From the NCBI RefSeq assembly GCF_001194135.2, contig NC_068984.1, positions 29,927,285 to 29,991,284 on the forward strand: a stretch of DNA of 64,000 nucleotides. The letters run 5' to 3'. Each line of letters starts with the position of its first letter. The stretch's first letter is position 1. Source of the stretch: Octopus bimaculoides. Lineage: Eukaryota. Of the stretch, positions 13,982 through 27,150 are shown piece after piece. The notes under the pieces were generated by a model. That model made no database searches, was not told where the DNA came from, and saw only the letters and a list, made by a program, of their open reading frames with translations. A program made the position numbers and the translations under genes.

Positions 13982-14860
13982 AGGGGGGTTAACAATTAGA
14001 ATAAATTAATCGGACTCCAGCATTTGAATTCTGTTTATTTTATCAATTTCAGAAAAGACTAAGGAAAAGTTATCGTATAAATTATAATGGAAACAGAATA
14101 TCATGTACATAAACATTGTAATAGATTGAATGCGGTGCTTTAGCTAATCTGTACAATTACAATGTCTTATATTGCATTCACCGAAAATATTATAGAACAG
14201 AATGAAACACCGTGTTCATTTCTATTTTGTGCAAAATGAAAATTGACGAAAAATATTACCAACAAGGTATTGATATTTTCTTTTAATTTTACGATGTCTG
14301 AAAGTTAAATTCAGTTTTGGTGCATAGAGTCAAAATATGTTTAGGGGTAGTGGTATTTAAAATCACATTACATACACATTGGGTGATATATGTACGTATT
14401 CAAATAGGTGCATATTGTAAAATGTATGCCTGTGAACATATATTGGTCATTCTATGGTGCACATTCAGTGATTAGATACGTAAACTAAATCTTGATATAT
14501 CGGTTGTTAACAGCGAAGGTTTTCGCTAAAAATTTCAACTCAAACAAGTGTTAAACCTATGAATGTGTATGTAGGCATGCATATATATATATATATATAT
14601 ATANNNNNNNNNNNNNNNNNNNNNNNNNNNNNNNNNNNNNNNNNNNNNNNNNNNNNNNNNNNNNNNNNNNNNNNNNNNNNNNNNNNNNNNNNNNNNNNNN
14701 NNNNNNNNNNNNNNNNNNNNNNNNNNNNNNNNNTATATATAGGTAAAGCACATTTTAGAGGTAATACTTGATAATTGCAAGCACCTGTATATGCCAGATA
14801 GTGGCCGAGGTGAAAGAATAAATTAAAAGCGTAAAATTAAAACAGAACATAAAGGATTCC

Positions 14861-14951
14861 GCGGTACACGTGTTTCAAGCTTTATACACAAACAGACATT
14901 ATATGGGTATATAATTGATAGACAGGATGGTATAAAGCTATCTTCAGCCGC
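14861..14951 (-). ncRNA. Minimal type-I hammerhead ribozyme motif with long loop II (HHR-B)
   Basis: Minus strand: GCGG-CUGAAGA-U-AGCUUUAUAC(42 nt)GUAUAAAGCU-U-GAA-ACACGUGU-A-CCGC. Stem I 4 bp, stem II 10 bp, 8-nt palindromic stem III, GUA triplet; only defect is a U.U mismatch at 10.1/11.1. Confidence 0.75.
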
Positions 14952-15141
14952 AAATATATTCTTTCCCAAGATTATATCACAAAAAAGAAATCACCAGGAA
15001 AAAAGAAAAAGAGAGAGAAACAGGAGAGAGAAAAAGGGGAAGTCCACTTGGTATTATCCATTGTAATATCCCTTGTAAAATGTTTATCCTTTAAGTTGAA
15101 ACATTTACATAAAAGTTCATCGGTATTCCGAAATCTGTCCA

Positions 15142-15183
15142 TATTGTGCCACAATTCAGTGAACCCTGAATTGTGGCACAATA
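15142..15183. repeat. Perfect 18-bp inverted repeat with 6-nt spacer
   Basis: TATTGTGCCACAATTCAG-tgaacc-CTGAATTGTGGCACAATA. Confidence 0.97.
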
Positions 15184-15189
15184 AGAAAA

Positions 15190-15700
15190 GATGCTGTCAG
15201 CCTCATGAATGTAAACTCGGTCAAAGGATGCACTTCGACACTTGGTAGTTAAAAGATTTTGCCGAAGGGATATGATGCGACATTCAAAGGCATTTTCGAT
15301 CGATACTACGCCTCTGCTTTGTTTGCGTTTTAGGTATGCCACTGTTTATGCGGAAATTATGTGAGCTTGTGAGTAGTTTTCGGTTTCCACATCAACACTC
15401 GGATCACATCAAGCTTTCACCTAAGCAGCTCAAATACTGGTATTAGTACTGGCACTACAAGCACATTCTGAGCCACAGTTTTATTGAATGCAGACAGTTC
15501 TGAGGTTCAAATTTTCTTTATTCGGCTGTAATAATCTTTAATGACACGCATTTTGTTACAGGTGCCGTTGTAAGGTATGTTTTCATCCACCCCTAGATAC
15601 CTGTAAAATTCCTCGTCAGATATAGGGGAAACACTCAAGTTATTGATGGAGATGTTAGTAATCTTGTTTATAGTTCTCCCCCTTTTTACAACCATATAAC
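15190..15700 (-). mobile_element. Decayed non-LTR RT C-terminal fragment, R4/Dong-like
   Basis: KRGR..EEFYRYLGVDEN..IKDYYSRIKKI*TSELSAFNK, DVETRKLLT and YLKRKQSRGVVSIENAFECRIISLRQ match the post-YXDD region pattern (YKYLG, W.S.L...NK, RLY..R..GGRGL) of R4-type LINEs. Confidence 0.7.
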
Positions 15701-18125
15701 ATCATTTGAGAATATTGTAAGTAGGTGAAGGTTATTTTTCATCTCATGCATATTCTTTGCATAAAATTTCAATTCATTTACAAAGAGACACTGTGTAATT
15801 TTGGTATTTCTGTTTCCTTGTGAACCAGTGAGGTATCCTTGAGACTTCCTTAACATGACTGACATGGGGTTTGAAGGAAGTATAAACAGGTTTTGGGTTT
15901 AACTGGCCTTTTTAGCAAGGTCTCCACTTTATGTATAAAGATTCTATACGCTATTATATGTATATATATATATATCCAAAGTTTTAAATGTTTACATTTA
16001 AGAAAGAGATTTGACGCCGATGTCCATATCAATGTATTTAATCCGATGTTAACATTTCTGTATACAGCTATATTTGACCACTAAGTATAAGTTAAATATA
16101 TCAGTTGCCATACACTTCATAAGGAATAACTTTCTGTAGAACAAAAACAACCCCAAAAAACACATAATGAATTAATCGAACAAAATCAAAAATTCAAAAT
16201 TTTAAATCCATACCGCATTTCCAGCGTTAAGCGGTCTACGATAATTTTTCTCTTTTTATAACTAATTCCAATAAAGGGAGGTAACTCCTTGCCATATTCT
16301 ATGATTCTATTACAATTATTGCTGAAATTTCTAATATTAGTTATTCAAAGCACATAAATTATATTATCCACTGCAAAGCCCACAATTACTATTGGCAAAC
16401 CGTGCATTGATATGCCTGCCTTAAAGTCCAATATTATACTACATAGTACTATAAAATATGAACCATAAATAAATTATAAATAATAAATAACGTTCCATTG
16501 CAATACGAATAATTATTTCTAGTTTTTTTCCAAAATCCACATGTGTTATATTTAAGTTATGTAGTAATACATTAATATTGCCTGCTTTAGGACCTAATAT
16601 TATATTCTATGCACTCCATGTCATAAATTATAAACATTTATATACATATATGTATGTATGTATATAAACTCACCAGTTGAAATATATATGGTTCAGGCAT
16701 ATTCGAACCCGCAATAAAGCCATTTGCGGTATTTTATCATGGAGATAAATTCTCGATACAGACGTAGGTGCAACCACACCAGGTCACTTAGAAGTGCACC
16801 CCACTCAGACTGATGGATGCATGCATTTTGGTGTAGTTATATCTCCGCTTCACTCCAAAAGCGGAGAGAGAGTAGTGAGAGAGTGGGAGAGAGAGTAAGA
16901 GAGAGAGGTTTTACTATCTGTTTCTACGTACACGCTTCTATTTTCATAAAGTCAGAGAATTATGATTGTCTTCAAGCAAACACCCTGATTCGTAATTTAT
17001 TTTTAATTGCAACAGGTTTTTTTTTTGTTTCTAAGCCCAGCATTCTGAAAATTACTGACGCATGAAGTACGAATAATAACCATGGGAAAACGAAAAGAAA
17101 TTAATTTCTGAGTGTCATGAATGAAGCATGAAAACGTAAGTACATAATATTTGTTAAGACGCAGTATGAATATTGACCTTTAATTCTTCATGTCTACGGC
17201 TATTGTTGTTGATGATTTTAGCTCCATGTTCTGCTCTGATTGAGAATATCTATAACGTAAATTGTAGAAGCAGTAAATATACAGTATGCTTCTTGGACTT
17301 ATCTGTGCAAATTCCTTCCTTTTTAAACACAGTAGGATGTGATTTGAGGATATTTGTCTGTCATTTCTAGCATTTCTAACTATGTCTAATGCATTTGTGC
17401 GTATATATTTATTCGCAACTTTCTGCCAATGAACATAACTTTAGATGTGAACATCTAAAATATTCACGCCACGTTTTTAAGCAATGAATTATTAAAGCGC
17501 ATGCCCTTATGTAATTACGAATTACATGGCAACTTTGTAAAATTTTAAATAGCAAGCTTCCTTAACAGACTACCTCATGCATACGTAAAAACGAAACAAT
17601 TCGAAAATGTCATAACACCATGTTTTGCTATTGCAACATCAAAATAAATGTTGAGACGATAGAGATGACGATGGTGAGGATGAAAGATGAAGGTGATAAT
17701 AAAAAGTAACGAGATATAATAAGTAGAGTGAAAACATTAATAAAAGCGTATATAAAGAAAATATAGACGATGATGATGATGGGCATCAGGGAAGATGGTA
17801 GTGAATCTCTGTTGGTTACTCTCCTTTATATGAGAATGGACAATCGGATAAAGTGAGAAACAATACTGAAAAGAATGGAAGTCTCATATTTTAAGTACAA
17901 AAATATAAACAACAATATCTATAACATTAATGACATTGATAATTTCTGCTTAATCCGTAATATCCCTTTAATTACCGATAAAAATAATAACAATATTTCT
18001 ACTACTATTAAAAACAGTGGTTTCTTTAATCGGCACGGAAGCATTAAAAGGGTAAATGACGATTGTTCTACTAAAATTGTCACATTCATTTATGAATGTA
18101 ATTAATTACTTTTAGNNNNNNNNNN

Positions 18126-18167
<42 letters not shown>

Positions 18168-18980
18168 TTAAACAGCAGAGTGGTGGAGGAAGCTTGCATC
18201 GTGCATGAAAAACGTCAACAAAAATATATAATGGAATTGCTCTCCCGGGCAGGCAGCCTCCTTGGGCTAAACATGGAACTAAATATATAAATGTAGAACT
18301 GGCATGGCATGCAATCAAAAGACAATTATTTTTGTTAGAAATGAAACCTCAAAGCGTAAAATTATTTTAATACAATCACAGGCAAAAATGTTTGTATCAG
18401 GTGCAAGCAAATATATATGAGAAAGCATTGAAAAATTGGCTACTGAAATAAATATTATTTGAAATCTTTTGTACGTTGATTAGAGTATTATGCCTTTGTA
18501 AAGTAATAATGGTTCACATCACGTGATTCAGGATCTTGCTTATGGAAGAAAACTGACGAAGAACGCTTAGTCTAATTAATTATACACAGAAGTTACAATC
18601 GTTAACTTTAGAAGTCATCACATACATCGCTTTACGTACTTGATGTTCTTTTTTCGATACCAAAGAAAGAAATTCCATGTTATATTCAGAAGTACCAGTG
18701 TATGAATACGATTCTTTCAGCGGTGGTTTCATGCCCAAGTGTGTTACAAAATACTAAACACTTTTAGTCCATCGCATAATTTTATTTTTGGTATTGTTCG
18801 ATGACAGTATTGCATATATAGAATTCGAGATCATTGACAACTACTCAATATTTGAATCGATACATTAGAAAATATGAAGAATGAAAGCATGTCTGGTAAC
18901 TGTAGAACAGGAAACACTCGGCTGAATGTCGAATTCCTATTTCAAAAAGAATCAACTACAAATATAATAACAAATTCAAT

Positions 18981-19073
18981 CAACGGCACCTGTAACAAAA
19001 CACGTGTCATTAAAGATTATTACAGGCGAATAAAAAAAATTTGAACCACAGAACTGTCTGCATTCAATAAAAC
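18981..19073 (+). mobile_element. 93-bp inverted copy of the R4-like fragment at 15478-15570
   Basis: 88/93 identical by manual alignment, including the same in-frame TGA. Confidence 0.9.
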
Positions 19074-20524
19074 ATTACAATGGAAGACAAATCAACCCCA
19101 TTACAAAAGCCACCATATGTAGGTCAAATAAAGAAATGTTAAAGTAAATAATAGGTAGAAGAAGTAAAAGAAGAATGATGATAGTGATGATGACGATAGT
19201 GATGATGACGATAGTGAAGATGACAATGATAATGTTTATAATAATGTTGATGATGACGACGATGAGAAAGAGAAAAAAGAAGAGAAATTAAACAAAAAAT
19301 GAACATTTTTAACAGCAAGTGAAGAGGTCCAATATTAGTATTAGTGTTATTCTGCTTGAAATCCCGAGTTGTTCATATTTTACTTATTTGAAAGTCCTTT
19401 TCAAGACAGTACGACAGAATATTTACTGCTATTTTAGCTATCTGACCGGCTCCTATCACCCGAAGCATTACTGAGTAAGTAAAGAGATGTAAAGTGCAAT
19501 GAAATGAACTTCCCAGAAACAACAAAATGCCTATAATAATTTAGCCAATAACAGACACAAGAGTTCATATAAATATTTCATCAGAACATCAAATAATTAG
19601 AAAAGTAACACCAAAGAATGCGGAAAACATTCATAATTGACTCTTGCTCTTGGTTTAAAACAGGATTGTACTGGCAAACATATAATCTCTCGAAACAAAT
19701 GAAACAGTAGTCACTTTTCGATTCAATAACATTCATGTTATTGCATATCACTTGAAGGAAAGTAAATTAATATCAATGTGATAAATATGTTATATATGTA
19801 TTTACTGTTTTCATGAACGAATGCAATACACAAACGTTCTGATCTAAAATGGGAAATAATGACAACGTAATAGGTTCGAACAGGTTGCTTTATCAAATTT
19901 GTAGGAAATAAATAAATGTAAATTTAAGCAAGCAGTGCATAGATGTATGTACAAATTTACAATATATTTTATAAGATTACAGCCACGCACTCATAGATAT
20001 TATATGTGATATAGATATTCTATACGTCTATATATGTATCTGCATATATTGACACACATATATGTTTGCACACACACACACATGTCTTTAAACATTTGTA
20101 ACTGCATTTACTGCTTAAAACACATACAACGATGTTTCCAACATATTTTGTCTTGCAGCAATATGAATGAATGGCAACAGTGGTAACGAAACTGCCATCA
20201 TTAATTTGCCGAACAATTTAAGGTTATAATCCTAACTACAGTCACCGCGCTTCAAGCCTAAGTATATCTGAATTGTAGCTATAATAAATTTTAGATATAA
20301 GTCTGCATAGTTTGCGAAATATTGTGTACTTAAAACTGTCCGTGAAATTTCGTTTGAAGAGATTATTATTTTGTTTTGTTTCTTACGAATTAACCGCAAA
20401 AAGAAATAAAGTGTCGTTATGTTTTCAAAGCTTCTGTGACAAGGAAGCTGAGAAGTCATCATCAGCAGACTGAATGCGTCAAATATTCGAGAAGAGGATC
20501 TGTAGGTCAATTCAGCCTACACAA

Positions 20525-20590
20525 TCAGTCTCCATCCAACAAATTTTACTCAAAAGGTTTTGGTCGACTTGAGACTGCGTAAGAAAGCAA
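20525..20590 (-). mobile_element. Relic of family-2 SINE
   Basis: tccatccaacaaattttactcaaaaggttttggtcgac resembles the reverse complement of the 29005-29050 SINE segment. Confidence 0.5.
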
Positions 20591-22701
20591 TATCCTATCG
20601 AAACGCAATGTCTAAATGAACTGTTTAACCACGCAGCCATTTCTGCACTAATTTATTTGTAGCTATGAGATGCAAAATGTAAAATAGGTTAGAAACATAC
20701 TCCTATAGAAAATAATTATGAGATTATGTTACAATAATGCCGTAAGGCTAATTGATTTTGAAGCCTATTTATGCAATAAACTGCAAATGACATCCAGAAT
20801 ATATCAGGAAATCATGTAGCATGAAAATTCTCAACGAAACACACACGCGCGCCGCGCGCCCGTATACACTTACATGCACACACGCACGCGCATGGATACA
20901 AATATAATGTTTTTCTTTGATTATTAAATTCTAAGAAATCAGTGATTAAGAACAACTTTGATTTTCCAGGTAAAAATACTTCACGAAAATGTATATGAAC
21001 GCACGTTGTTTCTATGCTGAGATGTGTTTCATGCGATCGAAAATTAATGAACACAAAAGAAATCTTTGTGACCGCTATCATTGTTTACCAAGAGTAGGTG
21101 TTCTTGTCGTATCTCTCAATATACCCTTTTGTTAAAATGTGGGATAGCAAAAGCACATTTCCTCGGATCAAATGCCATATGGCGTCTTCTTACGGCATGT
21201 TTCGAATTCAAGTCCCGCAAGAAACTTGTGTCAATGTGAAGGACCAATATATANNNNNNNNNNNNNNNNNNNNNNNNNNNNNNNNNNNNNNNNNNNNNNN
21301 NNNNNNNNNNNNNNNNNNNNNNNNNNNNNNNNNNNNNNNNNNNNNNNNNNNNNNNNNNNNNNNNNNNNNNNNNNNNNNNNNNNNNNNNNNNNNNNNNNNN
21401 NNNNNNNNNNNNNNNNNNNNNNNNNNNNNNNNNNNNNNNNNNNNNNNNNNNNNNNNNNNNNNNNNNNNNNNNNNNNNNNNNNNNNNNNNNNNNNNNNNNN
21501 NNNNNNNNNNNNNNNNNNNNNNNNNNNNNNNNNNNNNNNNNNNNNNNNNNNNNNNNNNNNNNNNNNNNNNNNNNNNNNNNNNNNNNNNNNNNNNNNNNNN
21601 NNNNNNNNNNNNNNNNNNNNNNNNNNNNNNNNNNNNNNNNNNNNNNNNNNNNNNNNNNNNNNNNNNNNNNNNNNNNNNNNNNNNNNNNNNNNNNNNNNNN
21701 NNNNNNNNNNNNNNNNNNNNNNNNNNNNNNNNNATAAATGCAGTAATACGCATATGTTAAATGAATTCTTTTATTTCCGACATATGTTTCGAAGATTACA
21801 AATGGTTCCTTCCAAAGGAACGAGTGATGTTGATAAAGATGTAATCTTCTCTTCAGGGAAATACATAAGAGCCAACTTAACCGTAAGACATTTTGACCGA
21901 ATGTGATAACTGTGGGTAGAGAAGATTGCTACCTATCTTATTCGAAAAAACCGCTGGAAGTTGCAACGCTACGTGACAGTACATTGAACAAGGAAGAAAG
22001 AAAAGAAGGAAAAGAAGAAATTTCCGATCCGTTCCTGTCAGTTCTTGCTGATAGGCTGTATAAAATATCAACATTTTTTCAGACATTGAAATCGGCAATA
22101 GCTAGCAGATAATGCAAATGTCATGCGCATATTTGCTGAATGGAAGTAGTTTCTCGTTGGCTGGTGTATGACCACCGTCGCTGGATCTCATGCAGTTCTT
22201 GCCTTTCGTAACTTCACACTCTATATTTCCAATACAGCTTTATCATTGTTTTAAGTGCAATGGTATAGAAGCATGCATATATATATATATATATATATGT
22301 ATGTATATATATATATATATTAGTATACATACGTGTGTGTACATATATATAAGGTGAGAAGACATAAAAACACATGTAAGTTGAACGAAAAGATCAAACG
22401 TCAACAATATACCAACTTAACATTTAGATGTCAATAATCAGTTTAAAGAAAACCTCAACTCTCTTTAAATGTCACACAAACATCTTTTGTGTGAATTGAA
22501 ATAGTGTTGTTTCTGTGAGTTGTTTGGCTTTCTTATCATTCAGGTTATCTTGGCTGTTGTCTCCCTAAGTATTTCTATATAATGTGTTCTTGAGTAACTA
22601 TTCAGCTCATTTAAAACGCCCCCACACACTCATACACACATGCACACTCAAGCACTCACACGCATGCATGCACACAAACAATCGCTTACATGCGGATACA
22701 A

Positions 22702-22702
<1 letters not shown>

Positions 22703-22761
<59 letters not shown>

Positions 22762-22806
22762 ATATATATATATATATATATCTATATGTACACACACACA
22801 CACACA
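22703..22806. repeat. (TATC)n-(TA)n-(CA)n compound microsatellite
   Basis: Direct runs. Confidence 0.95.
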
Positions 22807-22987
22807 TCAGGTTGAGTAAAAGGTAAGCAACGTTTTGAAGCACGAATAATTCATACCGGGTTTTTGCAGAGTTTTGAATTTTTTAAACATTTCTTTTTGC
22901 AATTGTCTGATAATGCAAACATAGACTTGCCCAAATGCATCAATAAATTAAAATTGATATTTTTTTCACCGTTGTTACAATCATCTG
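22807..22987 (+). mobile_element. Mariner 5' TIR and 5' UTR (left part of the interrupted element)
   Basis: TCAGGTTGAGTAAAAGGTAAGCAACGTTTT resembles the Hsmar1-type TIR TTAGGTTGGTGCAAAAGTAATTGCGGTT; removing the insert places the transposase ATG about 184 nt from the TIR, typical for mariners. Confidence 0.6.
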
Positions 22988-24800
22988 TGACCGAGTTGGT
23001 GGTGAATTTTGTTTGTGCGTCGTTCGAGAAGTTAGTGAAGGATTGTTGAATTGGAATTATATTTGTTATTAACAGTTGTGTCTTGAGATACATGTTTTTG
23101 CTGCCTTACGGCGGTTTTATTATTACTGTCTCCCTAGTTTGAAGTGGGAAGCGCTTTATTTGTGTCTTCATGATGTATGAATATTTGAATTCTTCAGACG
23201 TTTGAAGAAGTATCAGAGAAGTTTAGATATTTCAGACCAGAAGATGGAAAAAATGAAGGTGGATGAAAAAATGAATTTTGCAGCTGCGGCTGGTGAAGCA
23301 AGAGACGAGATTAGTTTTAAGAAGGTGGAGTTGAACAAGTACAAGGAAATCCTGCGAAGAGAGGGGCACGAAGTAAATGATCCCTTCTAGAGAAGTTACA
23401 AATGACACGCAAAAATGACAATAATATATAGAGCGTATAGTCTGGATGCAAAGAGAATGGCGATAGTGACAAAACTACAAGAAGAGAAGTCTTCGAGACC
23501 CATCTGGCAGGGTATCACCTACTTGTCAGGGGGAGTAAATACGCAACTGTGGAGGTGCATGTCACCTACGTCGCCACAGGGAGGAAATGCGCAACTGTGG
23601 AGGTGCGGTTTGCATCTGAGGAGAAAGCCAGACAACATTCGGTAGCCTCGCTGGAAACAGACAAAATAATACTTCTGCCTACTTACCTTGGAAGACGTGG
23701 TTCCAGTGTAAGAGCAGAAGAAATCTTTCGGAGGTAAATGCCGCTTGGCTGGTGGCTGCAATACTGCTGGATGTAGACGAGAAGACAGCGGTCCTGCAAA
23801 TAACGACAACGCCACCGAAGAATTGGTAAAGGCAGACCCTGGAGATAATCATCCAGGCTGCTCCAGAGGACCTTGAAAGAATAGTCGACACCATAACGGT
23901 GAGAAAGGTGGTGTTACAGTGGAAAGGACAGGAATTCCCGATGTTACAAATGTGGCCTGAAAGGCCACATAAGACTGACCACAAAGACACCAGCAGTACT
24001 ACAAAGACACCAGCTGACCACAAAGACACCAGCAGTACTACAGGCCCAAAGGAAAATCGCACTCACCTGAAATGAGAAGTGGTACAGGAGTGAGCGTGGA
24101 GGAGCCCGGCAAGGAGGATGGTAATGAGACAGAAATGGAGGAAGAGAAAACAGAAGAATGGAAGACAGTAAACCGGAAAAAGAGAAAAAAGAGAACTCAA
24201 GGTATTGATGTTACCTCCCATCCTGCCCCCACCCGACCCCATCACGCCTAACTCCTCCCCTCACCCTGCTGACACCAACCACCACCCTAACCCATCAGAC
24301 AACTGATAGTATAGCTACAAACACATAGGAACCCCAAATTTCCCAACCCCACCCTTTGCGTTCTACTAAGTCATTCATTGAGTTGTGAGACAAAATAATC
24401 TGGACGAGGTGATAAAAGTCGATATTAAAGGGTGTGAGGGAGTGCCCTTGCATGTTAATTGTGTATGTATGGACAGAAAGCACTCGCAAAGATCAATTGA
24501 GGATTACAGGGAAAATGTTATCATTTCACAAATGGAAATTGATACCAGGGGAATGCAGTCAACGGTAAGTTATCATGAACATTTAAAAGAATTTAACATG
24601 GACATATTAAGTGATTTTAAGTGATTAATTGTTTTTAAATGTTTCAATGAGGTCACTTGAATTGTGGGTCCGGGTGGCCTCCATTTTATCCATTCATTTT
24701 TTTATACCATCCTTCTCAATTCATTTTATTTCCCCACACTTTTGTCTTTTTCTCCTATCGCTCTATGTTTAGCGCCGTGTAGGCAATAAAGAAATCTGAA
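22988..24800 (+). mobile_element. ORF1-only non-LTR retroelement (Tx1/L1-like gag zinc knuckle), decayed
   Basis: Frameshifted ORF from about 23202 with RCYKCGLKGHIR (CX2CX4H knuckle, about 23939-23975), short internal tandem duplications, a pyrimidine-rich 3' UTR, AATAAA and an (ATCTGAA) tail; no EN or RT motifs seen. Confidence 0.65.
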
Positions 24801-24807
24801 ATCTGAA

Positions 24808-25625
24808 ATGAAACTGTCAAAGCGCGATATTCAGGAAATTTTGCTACTCAACTTCAAAAACAGAACGTAAAGCAGCTGAAACTGCTCGCGATATCAACGA
24901 AACGTTTGGTGAGGAAATGACAAGTGAGTGGTAAGCTTGAAAATGGTTTAATCGATTTCACAGTGAAGACGTATGCCTTGAAGATCGTGAGCGTAGTGGA
25001 TGCCATCTGTCAACGAGGACGGTCGATTAAAGACCGTCATGGAGAACTATCCACGCAAATCCACTCGAGAACTGGCAAAAGGACTTCAAGTTTGCCGGAA
25101 AACTGACTGCAACCATTTGCACGTAATCGGAAAATCAAAAGATGTCGACAAATGGGTACCACACGATTTGAATGAAAATCAGAAAATGCGCAGATATGAA
25201 ATTTGTTCGTTGCTTCTTCTCCGTAAACAGACCTATCCATTTCCCGACCGTATTGCAACTTGCGATAAGAAGTGGATTTTGTACAATAAAAATTAAAAAA
25301 ACGTTCTTCGCAGTGGTTGGACCAAACCTTCCATAAACCCGAGCTCTTCAAGAAGATGGTTATGTTGACTGTTTGGTGGTGTACTGCTGGACTCATTCAC
25401 TATCGCTTCTTAAAACCCGGAAAAACTATTACTGCAGAAACATATTGCCATGAAATTGCTAAAATGAACGAAAACTGCTACTCCTCTGTTCCAGACTGAT
25501 CAACAGAAGGCGACCAATCATTCTTCGTGACAATGCTCGACAACACGTTTCACTAATGATGCTCCAGAAGTTGAGGGAAATTGGCTACGAAGTTCTTCCT
25601 CACCCAGCTTATTCCCCAGACCTTA
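24808..25625 (+). pseudogene. Mariner DD34D transposase, decayed and 3'-truncated
   Basis: MKLSKRDIQEILL.., KAAETARDINETFG, KWVPHDL, RIATCDKKWILY, VMLTVWW, IILRDNARQH, VLPHPAYSPDL. Confidence 0.92.
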
Positions 25626-27150
25626 CTCGTATCAGGGTTGTGAATTTTCCGTCTCAGACAAATTTCTGTGAATATTCTCCCACCAATTGCTACTGTGACT
25701 GCTGCTGATGAGGTTTTAATTGCTGTTGTTATTACTGTTGTTTTTGAATTTGTTGCTTTTATTATGACAGTTGCTGTTGTTATGGCTCGTTTCACGACAA
25801 TAGAAATTTTACTCCTCTCCTGATGCTTTTGCAGTCTTTCAAATTATATATCACATTTGACCCTGATATTTTGTTTTAGCTTTGCAATGCAAGTCGATGT
25901 AACATTATTCGAATGTATAAACCTAACACTGCATCTCATGTGAAGATTCTTGGTCTGGTAATACACCTTTAAATGTCTTTTCTATTTAATAGAATGAGGA
26001 GAGATATGCTCTCCTGGATAGGCGAGATCAACGACATTGTATTTCAGAATGAAAATGGAATGTAGACGGATGGTATGTTTTAAACAGAATAGATGGAGCT
26101 ATCGAATAAGACACTATACCAACTCTCGACATGCACAAAATTGCTACCCAACCACCTTTCAAAATATTCATATATGCAGGAGAAAGTTGCTACTATGAAC
26201 CAAACAAGTTCTATTGATGAGATAGAAACTGTGGATGTTTCGGATAGATCTGGGTCTAAAATAAACCGAAGCCTATCTAAATAATTTGTTTCCACTCATC
26301 TACAATGGACCAACTCCAAAAATCTTCTTGATCCAAATGTGAACTGCTATTTTTAATATAATATATTCGAACAAACCTTTCGCCATGAAACACTTGGTAG
26401 TTGTTTTTAGCAGTATGATAATTAGAACCTCATGAATGTGGCTACCTTGTCTGTTACAAAATATATCGATAGTCATCACCGCACAAAACTTAGGCTCGGG
26501 TCAGTGTATTCGATAACTAAAGTCAGTAAGTTAAGTGTAATTTATTTTATTTACATACTATTTCATAGTATCACAAACACCGTTTATATGGCATACTCCC
26601 AATAATTATCGATAAAGGTTAGCATGTATTTATATGTTCAACAATAATAACTGATATGTTTATTGCAAGAAATATTAATGACAATTTCGTTGTTTTTGTT
26701 TCCGTTTTAAAAACAAGTAAACAATTATTTTACTGTGAGCGTCTGGATGAATTACTACAGACTTTAAAATATTACAGATTGTATAATATATACCTTAAAA
26801 TATATATAATTCTATTTTCTATACCCGTATATACAAATATGATAAAACATTTCAAGGAACATTTAAACTAAAATAGTCTACATATTAGCACGTTTTGCGT
26901 GACTACTGTTCATTTTTAGAAGAATGATTATAGAAAAATAACGATAAAAATGTTTTAAATATTTTTTTCTAAATTTCATTATTAATTCTTATTTCATAGC
27001 TAACTGCACCATTTTAAAAGAATTTCCTCTATTTTAAAACCCATCGCAGAATATATATGTGCTTGTGTGTATACATATGGTCTGTACAGTTTCGTTAATT
27101 TAATGTTAAGTTCTAGAATTATCTAAACGTTTTAAGTTACAATGTATATA

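Noticed and set aside
16690-16740. CCGCAA/TTGCGG hairpin with hammerhead-like flanks
   Set aside because: Both core segments are too degenerate to support
19438-19474. 37-nt microexon candidate (ttttag|LSDRLLSPEALL|gtaagt)
   Set aside because: Weak polypyrimidine tract, no partner exons; expected by chance in 64 kb
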